Source of the DNA: Candidatus Yanofskybacteria bacterium
GTDB lineage: Bacteria > Patescibacteriota > Minisyncoccia > Minisyncoccales > UBA10102
Length of the DNA: 64,000 nucleotides
Direction of reading: 5' to 3'
Assembly: GCA_030688685.1 (NCBI GenBank)
Contig: JAUYJF010000006.1
Location: forward strand, 120 to 64,119
Part shown: piece by piece, positions 16,604 through 26,689 of the stretch
How the letters are laid out: the number at the start of each line of letters is the position of its first letter
Position numbering within the stretch: position 1 is the first letter of the stretch
Translations under genes and position numbers: made by a program
Notes under the pieces: generated by a model
Told to the model about the DNA's origin: nothing
The model's database searches: none
The model's input: the letters and a program-made list of their open reading frames with translations, nothing else

Positions 16604-16632
16604 GAAAAGAGCAGGCGCTGCGCCCGCTCTTT
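16604..16632. terminator. bidirectional hairpin terminator between the small gene and mnmA
   Basis: AAAAGAGC-aggcgctgcgccc-GCTCTTTT. Confidence 0.5.
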
Positions 16633-16899
16633 TCAAGGTACAAAACTGACATTCTGACAGGAGAGGGCGGTTTTAACACCCTCCATGTCTTGCTCTGGTA
16701 CAGACTGGTAGTCAAAGAGGAGCAGCCCATCTGATGGATACTCCTCAGTGAGCTTGTACCCTATAACATGGATACGCTCCTCCTTCTCGCCCAAGACCAT
16801 GCGCCAGAGCACAACCCGTCCCTGCCAAGGCAGTTCTTGGACTTGCTCTAACCCATCGCTTGCCCCTTTTAGGAATGCGGGCATGCTTCGTCTTTTCAC
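16633..16899 (-). CDS. hypothetical small protein (88 aa)
   Basis: GTG start with an AAGGAG RBS 7 nt upstream. It is the last gene of the tpiA operon before the terminator. Confidence 0.45.
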   Translation of the reverse strand: MKRRSMPAFLKGASDGLEQVQELPWQGRVVLWRMVLGEKEERIHVIGYKLTEEYPSDGLLLFDYQSVPEQDMEGVKTALSCQNVSFVP

Positions 16900-16911
16900 G
16901 TTGGGTCTCCT

Positions 16912-17424
16912 TTACGTGAATTTGTCTGCAACGGAAGAAGCCACAAAGGACTCTGGCTTAATGCGCGGTTCAAATCCGTTGCCCCGAATCAATCCTGTAA
17001 TCTCTTTGATCATATCCCGCGTAAGTCCGTTCTGCCCCACATCCGCGTGGATGTATTCAAACGCCCAATCAATACCCTCCCCTTCCTGCTCCATAAACTT
17101 TACGAAATTCTCTCTCAGCCACAGAGCAAGCTCGCATGAGAGTAAAACCTCTTGAAGAATTCTGTCATGCAGATTGTAAAACCGACGGGGAGCGGGATAT
17201 TGGACCCGTTTAATAAAAAACCTCCCGCCTTCCCCTTTTCGCACCACAACAATAACGACAGGAAAGGTTGGGGTTTCTTCAGCTGAGGAATCGCATCCGA
17301 CAATCACTTCATAGCGCAAAGCAGGACGCTCTTTCATGTACGAGAGCATTTCCTTTAAGACTTCATCCACACCCATATTGCCCTTGGTAGGGTTGTAAAA
17401 CATCCCTTGAAGAACATCATTCAT
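16912..17424 (-). CDS. DUF458/YkuK-like RNase H-fold protein (tentative)
   Basis: EVIVGCDSS...PVVIVVVRKGEGGRFFIKR resembles YkuK-family proteins. The call is from memory only. Confidence 0.45.
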   Translation of the reverse strand: MNDVLQGMFYNPTKGNMGVDEVLKEMLSYMKERPALRYEVIVGCDSSAEETPTFPVVIVVVRKGEGGRFFIKRVQYPAPRRFYNLHDRILQEVLLSCELALWLRENFVKFMEQEGEGIDWAFEYIHADVGQNGLTRDMIKEITGLIRGNGFEPRIKPESFVASSVADKFT

Positions 17425-17441
17425 AGTAGCGCCTGCTCATT

Positions 17442-18158
17442 CTATACCTCTTCTGCCTGCTTGACAAGTTGGAGAAACTCTTGCGCGCGAAGAGACGCGC
17501 TCCCTACTGCCACACCGTCCGCCTCCCCATCTCGCAAGAATGAGGCCGCGTTGGAAGCGTCCACGCTTCCGCCATACAGAATACGCGCGCCGCAAGCCGC
17601 CTCTCGCATGCGCCCAATAGCTTCTTTCGCTTCTTCTGGACGCGCGGGCTCTCCTCCCTCGCTTGTACTGATCGCCCATACAGGTTCATACACCAAAAAG
17701 AGACGGGCTCTATCTTCCTTGGAAACTCCCGCGAGCACCCGCTCCATGGAATCCGCGAGCCCTTTTCCTGTTTGAGACCTGTCTTCCTCTCCGATCAGAA
17801 CAATGGGAATAAGGCCTGCTCCAAGAGCCGCCTGAACTTTTTTATTCACCATTTCCCGTGTCTCTCCCAAGTGGATCCTGCGCTCTGAATGCCCGAGAAG
17901 AACATACGAGCATCCCATGCTCTTGAGCTGGGCGGGCGAAACCTCCCCGGTGTACGCTCCTTCCTGTTCCCAGAAACAATCCTGAGCGCCAAGCGACACT
18001 CCAGGAGCAGCATCACGCACGAGATGGAGAAAAGGAAAAGGAGGGCACAGGATTATCTCTGCTCTGGCAACACGCTGAATCTCCTGCGCCAAGCTCCTTG
18101 CCTCTTCCGCGGAAGTCGGGTTCATCTTCCAGTTTGCTACAATATATTTTTTATTCAT
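17442..18158 (-). CDS. tpiA: triosephosphate isomerase
   Basis: ANWKMN, the catalytic His/Glu context (GHSERR) and the YGGSV motif are present. Confidence 0.9.
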   Translation of the reverse strand: MNKKYIVANWKMNPTSAEEARSLAQEIQRVARAEIILCPPFPFLHLVRDAAPGVSLGAQDCFWEQEGAYTGEVSPAQLKSMGCSYVLLGHSERRIHLGETREMVNKKVQAALGAGLIPIVLIGEEDRSQTGKGLADSMERVLAGVSKEDRARLFLVYEPVWAISTSEGGEPARPEEAKEAIGRMREAACGARILYGGSVDASNAASFLRDGEADGVAVGSASLRAQEFLQLVKQAEEV

Positions 18159-18789
18159 GGTTTTGCATATGGCGTTCCTGGCGAATCAAGCGAATATGCC
18201 TTCTGACCCACCAGGTAATAAAGAGAGTCGCGGCAATCAGAACAAGAATATCCACCTGTTTAAAGTATGCACTCATTGTATCCCAATTCTCTCCAACCAC
18301 AACACCAAGATACGTGAGAACAGCAGAATAGAGGAATGAGCCTACAAATACATAGAGGATAAAAGGCAGGACGCGCATCCTCGCCACTCCGGCCGGGATG
18401 GGAATAAACCCACGAAGCCCCGGAATAAGGCGGGAAAAAAAGATAATTGGGATTCCGTATTTCTGAAAAACACGCCACGCTTGATCAATGTCATGACGCG
18501 TCACAAACATATACTTGCCGTATTTATAGAGAAAAGGCAGTCCCAGATAGCGGGCTACAGAATAGGAAAAAAGAGTCCCCGCGATATTTCCCAAAGCTCC
18601 AACCAAGGCGACCATCCAAAGAGAAAAACGCTCCTGGGCAACCAAATACCCGGAAAATGGGAGAATGATTTCTGAAGGAAGCGGAAAAAATGAGCCCTCC
18701 AAGGCCATGAGCACAAAAATACCCGCGTACCCACCCGTGTCTATGACACTGAGAATAAAGTTGGTAATGCCTCCGACGATCTGATCCAT
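18151..18789 (-). CDS. DedA/SNARE-associated family membrane protein
   Basis: It has the DedA motif pattern (EGSFFPLPSE...GYLV) and multiple TM helices. Confidence 0.8.
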   Translation of the reverse strand: MDQIVGGITNFILSVIDTGGYAGIFVLMALEGSFFPLPSEIILPFSGYLVAQERFSLWMVALVGALGNIAGTLFSYSVARYLGLPFLYKYGKYMFVTRHDIDQAWRVFQKYGIPIIFFSRLIPGLRGFIPIPAGVARMRVLPFILYVFVGSFLYSAVLTYLGVVVGENWDTMSAYFKQVDILVLIAATLFITWWVRRHIRLIRQERHMQNHE

Positions 18790-18792
18790 ACG

Positions 18793-19863
18793 CTATTGCT
18801 TCCTGAGGAATTCAGCTGCTTTTTCCGGTTCAATCGTAGAAATCTCAATGCCCGTTCCCAATTCAAATCCGGCCCATGTGCCGGTCTTGGGGAGGATCTC
18901 TATGTGCCAATGATAGAGCGCGTACTCTCCCCCGTCCGGTGGGGCGGTATGAATGAAATAGTTGTAATCAGGGTCTCCCAAGCCCTTGGAGATCGCGCGC
19001 AGGGTTTTTTGAAGCGCAAGCGCCAAATCCCATTTCCCCTGCTCGGTAATGCCCTCAAAGTGCGCGGCATGCTCCTTTGGGTAAATCCTCGCTTCAAAGG
19101 CAACCCGGGAAGCAAAAGGACAGAGCGCCACAAAATGTTCGTTTTCATAAATAACGCGCGATTCATCTTTAATATCCCACGAGATCATGGCGCAATACGC
19201 GCAGGTTCCGGTGGCATCATGAAACTCCCGCAGTCCTTGAAGAGCCACATCCATGCCGGGACTTGTGGCAGGTATGGCAATAATTTGGGAATGCGGATGG
19301 GCAATGGAAGCTCCAGCTTCCTTTCCCTTATTTTTGAATATGGCAATATAGTGCACAAAGTCCTGTTGCTGGAGTTCCAGGTAGCGCGCGTGATACACGT
19401 CAATGAGCTCCTTTGTCTGCTCCTGAGAAAACTGGGAAATATCCTCTTGGTGATGCTTGGTAATAACCACTTCATGGAACCCCACTCCTTCCATTATTTG
19501 GTAGGGACCAATGAGATTGGTTTTCCACTGAAAGTTTTCTTGCGGGATAAACGCGGGATACTTATTCAAAAGGGAAATCGTGGTCCACTTTTCGGGGACT
19601 GTTCCATTGGAAGGAAGCTCTACCTGTTTTCCTTTGAAAAACGCGGCAGTGGGAGCTTCCTGATCAGTCAGATCCTCAAAAGGACAAGACTCTTTTCCGT
19701 TGAGCTCCTGTTGTTTCTTTTCCTGCTGAAAGCTTCCGGGCTTTCTCGCGCGTCCTGTGGCAATAGCAACCCAGCCACGCGAAATGACATCATACCTCAG
19801 CTCTGAGGGAGTTTGCGCTGCTTTATACCACTTGTGATTTCCGTTGAATTCTGCCATAGACAT
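18793..19863 (-). CDS. galactose-1-phosphate uridylyltransferase-like (HIT superfamily) protein
   Basis: The HPHSQI (HxHxQ) active-site motif is present. There is a CPFE near the N-terminus, and it has a GalT-like length. Confidence 0.65.
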   Translation of the reverse strand: MSMAEFNGNHKWYKAAQTPSELRYDVISRGWVAIATGRARKPGSFQQEKKQQELNGKESCPFEDLTDQEAPTAAFFKGKQVELPSNGTVPEKWTTISLLNKYPAFIPQENFQWKTNLIGPYQIMEGVGFHEVVITKHHQEDISQFSQEQTKELIDVYHARYLELQQQDFVHYIAIFKNKGKEAGASIAHPHSQIIAIPATSPGMDVALQGLREFHDATGTCAYCAMISWDIKDESRVIYENEHFVALCPFASRVAFEARIYPKEHAAHFEGITEQGKWDLALALQKTLRAISKGLGDPDYNYFIHTAPPDGGEYALYHWHIEILPKTGTWAGFELGTGIEISTIEPEKAAEFLRKQ

Positions 19864-20569
19864 TCAGTATGCTGTTCCAGCGAATCTTCAGCACTTCTCC
19901 CAGCATATTCACCATCCCACTCAGCTTTACTTTGCTGTTTGGATCATTGATCCACGTCACGGGAATCTCCCGAATACCGTACCCAAGCTTTTTTGCGAGC
20001 ACCAGCGCCTCCACGTCAAAGGCCCAACGGTCAATGCGAGTCCTCGCGAAAATATCCTCTGCGGCTTTCGCGGTGAATCCCTTAAATCCGCACTGAGTAT
20101 CCCAGTATCCCCACAGTCCTGAGAACGCTTGGACAATAATGTTAAAGACATCCCCGAGCCGCTGGCGAATCCACGGCTGGCGGACCGCGATAACAGATTC
20201 CTTGAGATCACGGGAACCAATCACCACCTCATACCCCTGCTCAAGCTCCGGCCACATGCGCTCAACCTGATCCACGGAAGTTGCGTTGTCAGCGTCCATA
20301 AAGAGCCGGAGGTCTCCCTTTGCCTCCAGCATTCCCTGGCGAACCACATACCCCTTCCCGTGATTCTGCTTGTTGTCCAAGAGGATAAGATTCTGGATGC
20401 GCTTCTGAGCGCTCTTTACCATGCCTGCCGTCCCATCTTTTGAGCCGTCATTCACTACAATAATTTCGTACTCATAGGGTTGGCGTTTGAGATACTTATC
20501 AACTTCTTCAAGAGTTTTCGGAAGCCGGCTCTCTTCATTGTACGCGGGAATGATAACAGATAAACGCAT
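19823..20569 (-). CDS. family 2 glycosyltransferase (polyprenyl-phosphate sugar synthase-like)
   Basis: VIIPAYNEE...VVNDGSKDGT and a DxD context. Confidence 0.8.
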   Translation of the reverse strand: MRLSVIIPAYNEESRLPKTLEEVDKYLKRQPYEYEIIVVNDGSKDGTAGMVKSAQKRIQNLILLDNKQNHGKGYVVRQGMLEAKGDLRLFMDADNATSVDQVERMWPELEQGYEVVIGSRDLKESVIAVRQPWIRQRLGDVFNIIVQAFSGLWGYWDTQCGFKGFTAKAAEDIFARTRIDRWAFDVEALVLAKKLGYGIREIPVTWINDPNSKVKLSGMVNMLGEVLKIRWNSILNVYGRIQRKSQVV

Positions 20570-20632
20570 TCAGCTAGTATAGCAAATCCAAAAGAAAAAC
20601 AGAATCCTGTTCAGGGTTCTGTTTTCACTTTG

Positions 20633-21379
20633 CTAATCCCTCGTAAGAACTTTGGGACCACTTGCTGTAATAGCTATGGTATCTTCAAAATGCGCTGAAA
20701 GCTTTTCATCCCTTGTAGAATAGGTCTGGCCGTCTTTCTCCAGTTTGAGATGGTAGGCGCCCGCGGTAATCATAGGTTCAATACAGATGACCATGCCTTC
20801 TTTCAGCTTCTCCCCTGTTTTCCGCTGTCCGTAGTTTGGGATCTGAGGATCTTCATGAAGATCGCGGCCAATCCCATGCCCGCACAATTCACGGACTATT
20901 CCGTATCCTTGTCCCTCCACATACCGCTGGATAGTATTCCCGAGATCCCCGATGGTGTTTCCTGGTTTTGCTTTCTTTACGCCCAAGCGCAACGCTGTTT
21001 TCGCGACGCGAACAAGGCGGCTTGCTTCTGGGTCCACTTTGCCCACAGGGAAAGTTCGCGCCATATCCAAATAGAGTCCCTTCCAAATCAAGCCAATATC
21101 CAGAGATACGATATCCCCCTCTTTCAGTGTTCTTTCAGTGGGAACTCCGTGCACAACTTGCTCATTTACAGAAACGCAAATATTTCCGGGAAACCCATGA
21201 TATCCCTGAAAGGCAATCTGAGCTCCCTTTTCTTTGATGAGTTTTCCCGCAAGCGCGTCAAGCTCCTTTTCCCGAATGCCGGGCGCTACGTTCTTCTTGA
21301 GTTCCTTCATGACCTCAGAAAGCATGCGCCCTCCTTCCGCCATAGAGCGCAGCTCTTCCTTTGTCTTCAGAGAGATCAT
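20633..21379 (-). CDS. map: type I methionine aminopeptidase
   Basis: Pita-bread fold motifs (HGVP, DIVSLDIG, HGIG). Confidence 0.9.
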   Translation of the reverse strand: MISLKTKEELRSMAEGGRMLSEVMKELKKNVAPGIREKELDALAGKLIKEKGAQIAFQGYHGFPGNICVSVNEQVVHGVPTERTLKEGDIVSLDIGLIWKGLYLDMARTFPVGKVDPEASRLVRVAKTALRLGVKKAKPGNTIGDLGNTIQRYVEGQGYGIVRELCGHGIGRDLHEDPQIPNYGQRKTGEKLKEGMVICIEPMITAGAYHLKLEKDGQTYSTRDEKLSAHFEDTIAITASGPKVLTRD

Positions 21380-21951
21380 TATAAGGCGAGTTTCTGGAGA
21401 ATTTCCTGTTCCACTTCATCCATCGTCTGTTCTCCATTGATTTCAATAAGATTCCCTTTTTTTCTATAATACTCTACAACAGGTTCCACTTCTTGACGAT
21501 ACCAACGCAGGCGTTCTTGAATCGCCTCTTGTGTGTCGTCATGCCGTTCTCTTTCAAGGAGGCGTCGGATAGCTTCCTCGTCAGAAAGATTCAAGTAAAG
21601 AACTTTGAAATCGCCCGCAAGTCCATAAAATCCAAGAGCTTCATCGAGAAGATGTGCTTCATACACCTTTCTTGGGCTCCCTTCAAATATAATTCCTCCA
21701 AGGTCGCTGTTCCCTTGGATCGTTTCAAGCTCATGAAGCCAGAGATGGAAAATAATAGGGGTTGGAATTAATCCACCTCGATCTAAAACCGCTTTGATTT
21801 GCCGCCCGGCAAAATCATCCACCTTTGCGCGAGCACGCAATAATTCGCCAGAACTGATTATTCTCAGGTTATATCTTTTCGCGAGCCGTTCTACCTGTGT
21901 CCCCTTTCCCGATCCTGATTTTCCCAGTACCGCAAATATCTTCATATGCAC
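21379..21951 (-). CDS. adk: adenylate kinase
   Basis: The P-loop GKSGSGKGTQ is present. It sits in the secY-adk-map order. Confidence 0.9.
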   Translation of the reverse strand: MHMKIFAVLGKSGSGKGTQVERLAKRYNLRIISSGELLRARAKVDDFAGRQIKAVLDRGGLIPTPIIFHLWLHELETIQGNSDLGGIIFEGSPRKVYEAHLLDEALGFYGLAGDFKVLYLNLSDEEAIRRLLERERHDDTQEAIQERLRWYRQEVEPVVEYYRKKGNLIEINGEQTMDEVEQEILQKLAL

Positions 21952-23232
21952 CTAAAACGTGTCGTACTCCCGCATTTGTAATTGCGCGCGCAGTTGGCGA
22001 AGAGTCTCCAAAACCACGTTCACAATAATGAGGACGGCGGTTCCACCCACAAGAAACTCAAAAGCAGCCACATCCGTAAGCCCTTGAATGACAGATGGCA
22101 TAACCGCGATCGTGGCCAAGAACAGAGCTCCCGTTACTAAGATCCTATTGAGAATATGCGAAAGGAATTTTGTGGTAGGAGTTCCGGGCCTCACTCCGGG
22201 AATAAATCCTCCCATTTTCTGGAGATTGGAAGAAATGGACTTGGGGTCAAAGGTTACGGCCGTGTAGAAAAAGGTAAACATAATGACCAGGCCAAAGTAC
22301 ATGAGCCCGGTAGCCCAGGGATTCGTAAAGAAGCTTTGCGCCGCGAGAGCGATCTGTCCGAGAATTCCGGGAGCGGCAACAAAGAAGGACGCTATCATTC
22401 CGGGAAACGTAAGAAGAGCCAGGGCAAAGATAATGGGAATAACGCCCGCGGGATTCACCGAAAGCGGAAGATAGGTGGAAGCTCCTCCGAACATTTTATT
22501 TCCCCGGACTCGCTTCGCGTATGACACGGGAATGTTCCGCCTTGCCTGTGTTACGTACACGACTCCCGCGATAATGGCGAGCGCCATGCAAAAGAAGAGA
22601 ATAAAGATCGGGAGACGCGCGGGATCCCAAAGAAAAGCAAACTGCGTGATCTGCTGGGGAACCATGGCGACAATCCCCGCAAAGATGAGAAGGGATACCC
22701 CGTTCCCGATTCCCTTTTCTGAAATAAGCTCTCCCAGCCACACCAGAAGCATGGTGCCTGCCGCGATTACCGTCAAAGCACCCAGCAGATGGAGAATCCC
22801 CATAGAAGCCACAACCCCCTGCTGTGTTAGGAGCATCAAGAATCCGTATCCCTGCACATAGGCAAAGGGAACAGTAAGCATGCGTCCGTACTGGTTGAAT
22901 TTCTGGCGCCCCTGTTCTCCCTCTTCCTTGTACAAACGGTTGAGCGCGGGAAAAATCATGGTCAGGAGCTGCATGATAATGGTGGCGGTAATATAGGGGC
23001 CTAATCCAAGCATGACAATAGACAAGCTGTCCATTGTCCCGCCCGTAAACAGGTTCAAAAGTCCGAAGATCTGGTTGCCTTCAAAGAATTCCCGCAGGCG
23101 GAGAGCGTCAATTCCGGGAACCGGAATATTCGCCATAATCCGGAAGACGAGAAAGACTCCAAGCACAAATAAAATTCGCCCTCGGAGGTCGTGTATTTTA
23201 AAAACTCTCAATACGTTGGAAAATACTCCCAT
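21952..23232 (-). CDS. secY: preprotein translocase subunit SecY
   Basis: 10-TM SecY sequence. Confidence 0.95.
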   Translation of the reverse strand: MGVFSNVLRVFKIHDLRGRILFVLGVFLVFRIMANIPVPGIDALRLREFFEGNQIFGLLNLFTGGTMDSLSIVMLGLGPYITATIIMQLLTMIFPALNRLYKEEGEQGRQKFNQYGRMLTVPFAYVQGYGFLMLLTQQGVVASMGILHLLGALTVIAAGTMLLVWLGELISEKGIGNGVSLLIFAGIVAMVPQQITQFAFLWDPARLPIFILFFCMALAIIAGVVYVTQARRNIPVSYAKRVRGNKMFGGASTYLPLSVNPAGVIPIIFALALLTFPGMIASFFVAAPGILGQIALAAQSFFTNPWATGLMYFGLVIMFTFFYTAVTFDPKSISSNLQKMGGFIPGVRPGTPTTKFLSHILNRILVTGALFLATIAVMPSVIQGLTDVAAFEFLVGGTAVLIIVNVVLETLRQLRAQLQMREYDTF

Positions 23233-23237
23233 AAAAA

Positions 23238-23669
23238 TTAGTCCTGAACTGTGCCTCCCGCTTCAAGAATTTTCTTGCGGGCGGGAGCTGATATTTCGCA
23301 ATCCTGAATCGTGAACGCTTTTGAAATCGCTCCTGTTCCGAGAATCTTCACGCGTGGTTTCTCTGCCTTCATTATACGGAAGGCGCGCTTTTCAATCAAC
23401 GATGCGGGAGAAACGGTTTCCCCGGAAGCAAACAGCTTCTCGAGGGTAAGCACATTGACCTCCTGCGCTTTGTGCTTGGAACTCTGGGTCCTGTACCCTC
23501 TCATCTTCGGGTATCGCTTGATGACTTCCCGGATGGACGGCTTTAAGCGCGCTCCCGCGCGGGATTTCTGGCCCTTCATGCCTCGCCCAGAGTACGTGCC
23601 TTTCTTGCCGCCTCTTCCTACGCGTTTCCTCTGTGTTGTTTGAGTTGTGGTAAGATTATGGATCTGCAT
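23238..23669 (-). CDS. rplO: 50S ribosomal protein L15
   Basis: KRVGRGGKKGTYSGRGMKGQKSR. Confidence 0.9.
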   Translation of the reverse strand: MQIHNLTTTQTTQRKRVGRGGKKGTYSGRGMKGQKSRAGARLKPSIREVIKRYPKMRGYRTQSSKHKAQEVNVLTLEKLFASGETVSPASLIEKRAFRIMKAEKPRVKILGTGAISKAFTIQDCEISAPARKKILEAGGTVQD

Positions 23670-23673
23670 ATGC

Positions 23674-24228
23674 TTATGCCTGTTGCGCTGCCGGTGTTTC
23701 AGGCGTCGCGGAAGGAGTATCCGTACTCACAGAAGCAGTTGCCGCCTGCGGTTTGCTGTCTCCGCGCAGTTTCTGAAGGGCCGCGATCACCGCGAGCGCG
23801 TTATTCAATTTATTGTGGGATTTGGAAAGAAACTTTCCTGAGACATTGCGAATTCCCGCCTTTTCGCAGATAACGCGCACAGGACCCCCGGCCACGATTC
23901 CTCTTCCCGCTCTCTGGGGACGGAGGAGAACCCGGGAAGCGGCGAACTTCGCTTCCACTTCATGGGGAATGGTGTGTCCCGCGACAGGGACCGTGACAAG
24001 ATTCTTTTTTGCCTGCTTGCCCGCTTTCTCAATCGCCATGGCAACATCCTTTCCTTTCGCAATGCCAACCCCCACGCGTCCTTTTTTGTCCCCCGCGACT
24101 ACAACAGCGCGGAAACGGAAACGCCGTCCGCCGGCGGCAACACGCGTAACGCGAGCCAAATCAAGAAGCTGAGGATCAAATTCATCCTTTTGGGCGGTAT
24201 ATGGTTTTCTGGCGCGTGTGTCTTTCAT
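23674..24228 (-). CDS. rpsE: 30S ribosomal protein S5 with a low-complexity A/T/P/S-rich C-terminal extension
   Basis: S5 dsRBD plus the C-terminal domain are present. No L30 gene lies between rpsE and rplO. Confidence 0.9.
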   Translation of the reverse strand: MKDTRARKPYTAQKDEFDPQLLDLARVTRVAAGGRRFRFRAVVVAGDKKGRVGVGIAKGKDVAMAIEKAGKQAKKNLVTVPVAGHTIPHEVEAKFAASRVLLRPQRAGRGIVAGGPVRVICEKAGIRNVSGKFLSKSHNKLNNALAVIAALQKLRGDSKPQAATASVSTDTPSATPETPAAQQA

Positions 24229-24233
24229 AATAG

Positions 24234-24587
24234 TTAAAAATTCAGGCCTGCCTTGCGTGCCCCATCGGCAACCGCTTTGACGCGCCCATGATAGGTATAT
24301 CCTCTTCGGTCAAAGACAGCAGCTTGTATATTCTTGCTTTTCGCTTTTTCACCAAGCAATGTTCCAATCTCCGCCGCTCTCTCCATTGGTTTCGCGCCTT
24401 TCTTGCTCATGTCGCGATCTGAAACAGAAGCAAGCGTATGCCCTTTGGTGTCGTCAATGAGCTGGGCATACAAATGCTGGTTGGAACGGAATACCACAAG
24501 ACGCGGGCGCTCCGGGGTCCCCGCGATCTTTGCCCGGATTCTTGCATGCCTCCGCGCGCGCTTCTCTTCTTTCAATTGCGTGTTCAT
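24234..24587 (-). CDS. rplR: 50S ribosomal protein L18
   Basis: L18 sequence. Confidence 0.9.
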   Translation of the reverse strand: MNTQLKEEKRARRHARIRAKIAGTPERPRLVVFRSNQHLYAQLIDDTKGHTLASVSDRDMSKKGAKPMERAAEIGTLLGEKAKSKNIQAAVFDRRGYTYHGRVKAVADGARKAGLNF

Positions 24588-24593
24588 AGTATA

Positions 24594-25154
24594 TTATTTT
24601 GTAGCTCCCGCCTTCTTTCCTTCTTTTCTGCGCACCCGTTCTCCTTCATATTTGATCCCCTTTCCTTTATAGGGTTCCGCGGGCCTCGTTGACCGAATCT
24701 GCGCGGCCCATTTGCCAACCTCCTCTTTATCAATGCCAGATACGGTTACGACATTCTTCTCAACAGCAAAGACAATGCCGGGAGCAGCTTCAAACCGCAC
24801 CGGATGCGTAAACCCCACAGAGAGTACGAGGGCCGTTCCCTCGAGGGCAGCCTTATATCCAATACCTTCAATTTCCAGCTTCTTTTCATACCCCTCGGTC
24901 ACTCCTTTCACCATATTGTCCAGCAAAGTGCGGGAAAGTCCCCAAAGCGCTTTCGCCTTGAGCGCTTCTCTGCCCTTGCGTTCAGGATACGCCGGCTCCA
25001 CAATCAAAGTTCCGTCTTGCTGTTGAACTTTGATCTCAGGTCGGATTTCACGGGAAAGCTTGCCCTTGGGCCCCTGGATAGTCACCAGGGTTCCCTCAAG
25101 GGCGACTTGCACCCCGGGCGGTATTTGAATTGGTCGTTTTCCTATTCTGCTCAT
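24594..25154 (-). CDS. rplF: 50S ribosomal protein L6
   Basis: Start placed at MSRIGKRPIQIP. Confidence 0.9.
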   Translation of the reverse strand: MSRIGKRPIQIPPGVQVALEGTLVTIQGPKGKLSREIRPEIKVQQQDGTLIVEPAYPERKGREALKAKALWGLSRTLLDNMVKGVTEGYEKKLEIEGIGYKAALEGTALVLSVGFTHPVRFEAAPGIVFAVEKNVVTVSGIDKEEVGKWAAQIRSTRPAEPYKGKGIKYEGERVRRKEGKKAGATK

Positions 25155-25161
25155 ATGCGTG

Positions 25162-25551
25162 TTACCAAATTTCACACAATAATTCCCCACCGATATTTTT
25201 TCGCTTCGCGTCTGTCTCCGTCATGATTCCGTGGGACGTGGAAAGAATCGCCATGCCTCTCCCGGTCTTCGCTTTGGCGATCCCCAACATTCCCGCGTAC
25301 ACCCTGAGACCCGGCTTGGAAACACGCTTGATGCCCGTAATAGCCGGCCTTCCGTCCTGATACTGCAGCTCAATCAGAATAATCTTTTTCGCCTGACGCC
25401 CCTTAAATTCCACGTTTTTAACGAATCCCTTTTTCTCTAAAATCTTTGCCACCGCGTATTTCAAGCGGGAAAAGGGAACTTCAACCGTGTGCTTTTTGAC
25501 GGTCTGGGCGTTGCGAATGCGGGTGAGCATGTCTGCGATTGGGTCTACCAT
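25162..25551 (-). CDS. rpsH: 30S ribosomal protein S8
   Basis: [15 protein letters not shown]. Confidence 0.95.
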   Translation of the reverse strand: MVDPIADMLTRIRNAQTVKKHTVEVPFSRLKYAVAKILEKKGFVKNVEFKGRQAKKIILIELQYQDGRPAITGIKRVSKPGLRVYAGMLGIAKAKTGRGMAILSTSHGIMTETDAKRKNIGGELLCEIW

Positions 25552-25730
25552 GATGCTTTTCTAATTCCTGGAATTAATCCTTGATTCGCGAGTTCTCGGA
25601 AACAAATTCTGCACAAATTAAAATCACGAAGATATCCATGTTTTCGTCCGCACCGAAAGCAGCGGCGAATGGTTCGCGACTGAAACTTTGGTTTTCGCTT
25701 TGCGCGCGCGATAACTGATTTCTTTGCCAT
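25545..25730 (-). CDS. rpsZ: 30S ribosomal protein S14, zinc-binding Z-type (61 aa)
   Basis: CxxC...CxxC ([20 protein letters not shown]). Confidence 0.9.
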   Translation of the reverse strand: MAKKSVIARAKRKPKFQSRTIRRCFRCGRKHGYLRDFNLCRICFRELANQGLIPGIRKASW

Positions 25731-25811
25731 ATCTGAATATTTTTGAAGAATAAGGAAAATTTATTTTACGTGATTCTGAGAAAATATGAAAGATATATCG
25801 GAACGTATATA

Positions 25812-26369
25812 TTAGCTCTTGGTAAATGGGAATCCTAACGCGGAAAACAACTCCAATCCTTCTTCACGGGTTTTCGCGGATGTCGTAATCGTTACTTCCA
25901 GTCCGAAGATATTCCTGACCTTCTCTGGGCTAATCTCGGGAAAAAAGATGTGCTCTCTTATTCCTAGAGTAAGATTGCCCTCCTTGTCAACGGATGAGGA
26001 CTTTATCCCTCTAAAATCTCGGGTCCTCGGCAGCATGATATGGATCAGGCGATCAAGGAAATCAAACATGCGCGTTCCCCGGAGCGTAACCTTTGCTCCC
26101 ACCGGCATTCCCGCGCGGGTTTTAAAAGCCGCAATGGATTTTTTTGCCTGCGTGATCTGGGCTTTCTGGCCAGTAATAATCGTGAGATCTTTCACGATTT
26201 CTTCCGCGGTCTTCCGCTGATCATCTGATCCCTTGCCAGAAATAAGCCGTCCGAATGAGGTATTTACGGTTACTTTCTCAATCCTAGGCACCATCATCAC
26301 GCTCTTATACCCGAATTTCTCGCGGAGAGCCGGTGCTGCCTTTTTTTGTTGTTCTTGAAGCTTTTGCAT
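25812..26369 (-). CDS. rplE: 50S ribosomal protein L5
   Basis: L5 sequence. Confidence 0.9.
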   Translation of the reverse strand: MQKLQEQQKKAAPALREKFGYKSVMMVPRIEKVTVNTSFGRLISGKGSDDQRKTAEEIVKDLTIITGQKAQITQAKKSIAAFKTRAGMPVGAKVTLRGTRMFDFLDRLIHIMLPRTRDFRGIKSSSVDKEGNLTLGIREHIFFPEISPEKVRNIFGLEVTITTSAKTREEGLELFSALGFPFTKS

Positions 26370-26373
26370 AAAA

Positions 26374-26679
26374 TCACATGGCGGCCCCGCACGACTTGCA
26401 CATTCTTGTTTTTGTTTTTCCCTCTATCTTATATCCAACACGCGTGGCTTTTCCGCATTTGGGGCACACAACCTTTGCCTTGGAAACACCAAAGGGAGCG
26501 GGAATTTCAATAACTTGGCCTTTCTCTCCTGATTTCCTTGGGCGCACATGCTTTTTCAGAATATTGATTCCTTCCACGGCAATTTTCGCGTCTTGTGAAT
26601 GGACGCGCAAAACCTTCCCCTTTTTTCCCCGGTCTTTCCCCGCGATTATAAGAATGGTGTCGCCTTTCTTGATCTTCAT
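26374..26679 (-). CDS. rplX: 50S ribosomal protein L24 with a C-terminal CxxC...CxxC zinc ribbon
   Basis: KOW motif (KKGDTILIIAGKDRGKKGKV) plus a VVCPKCGK...CKSCG tail. Start placed at the internal ATG. Confidence 0.85.
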   Translation of the reverse strand: MKIKKGDTILIIAGKDRGKKGKVLRVHSQDAKIAVEGINILKKHVRPRKSGEKGQVIEIPAPFGVSKAKVVCPKCGKATRVGYKIEGKTKTRMCKSCGAAM

Positions 26680-26689
26680 GTGTTTGTCG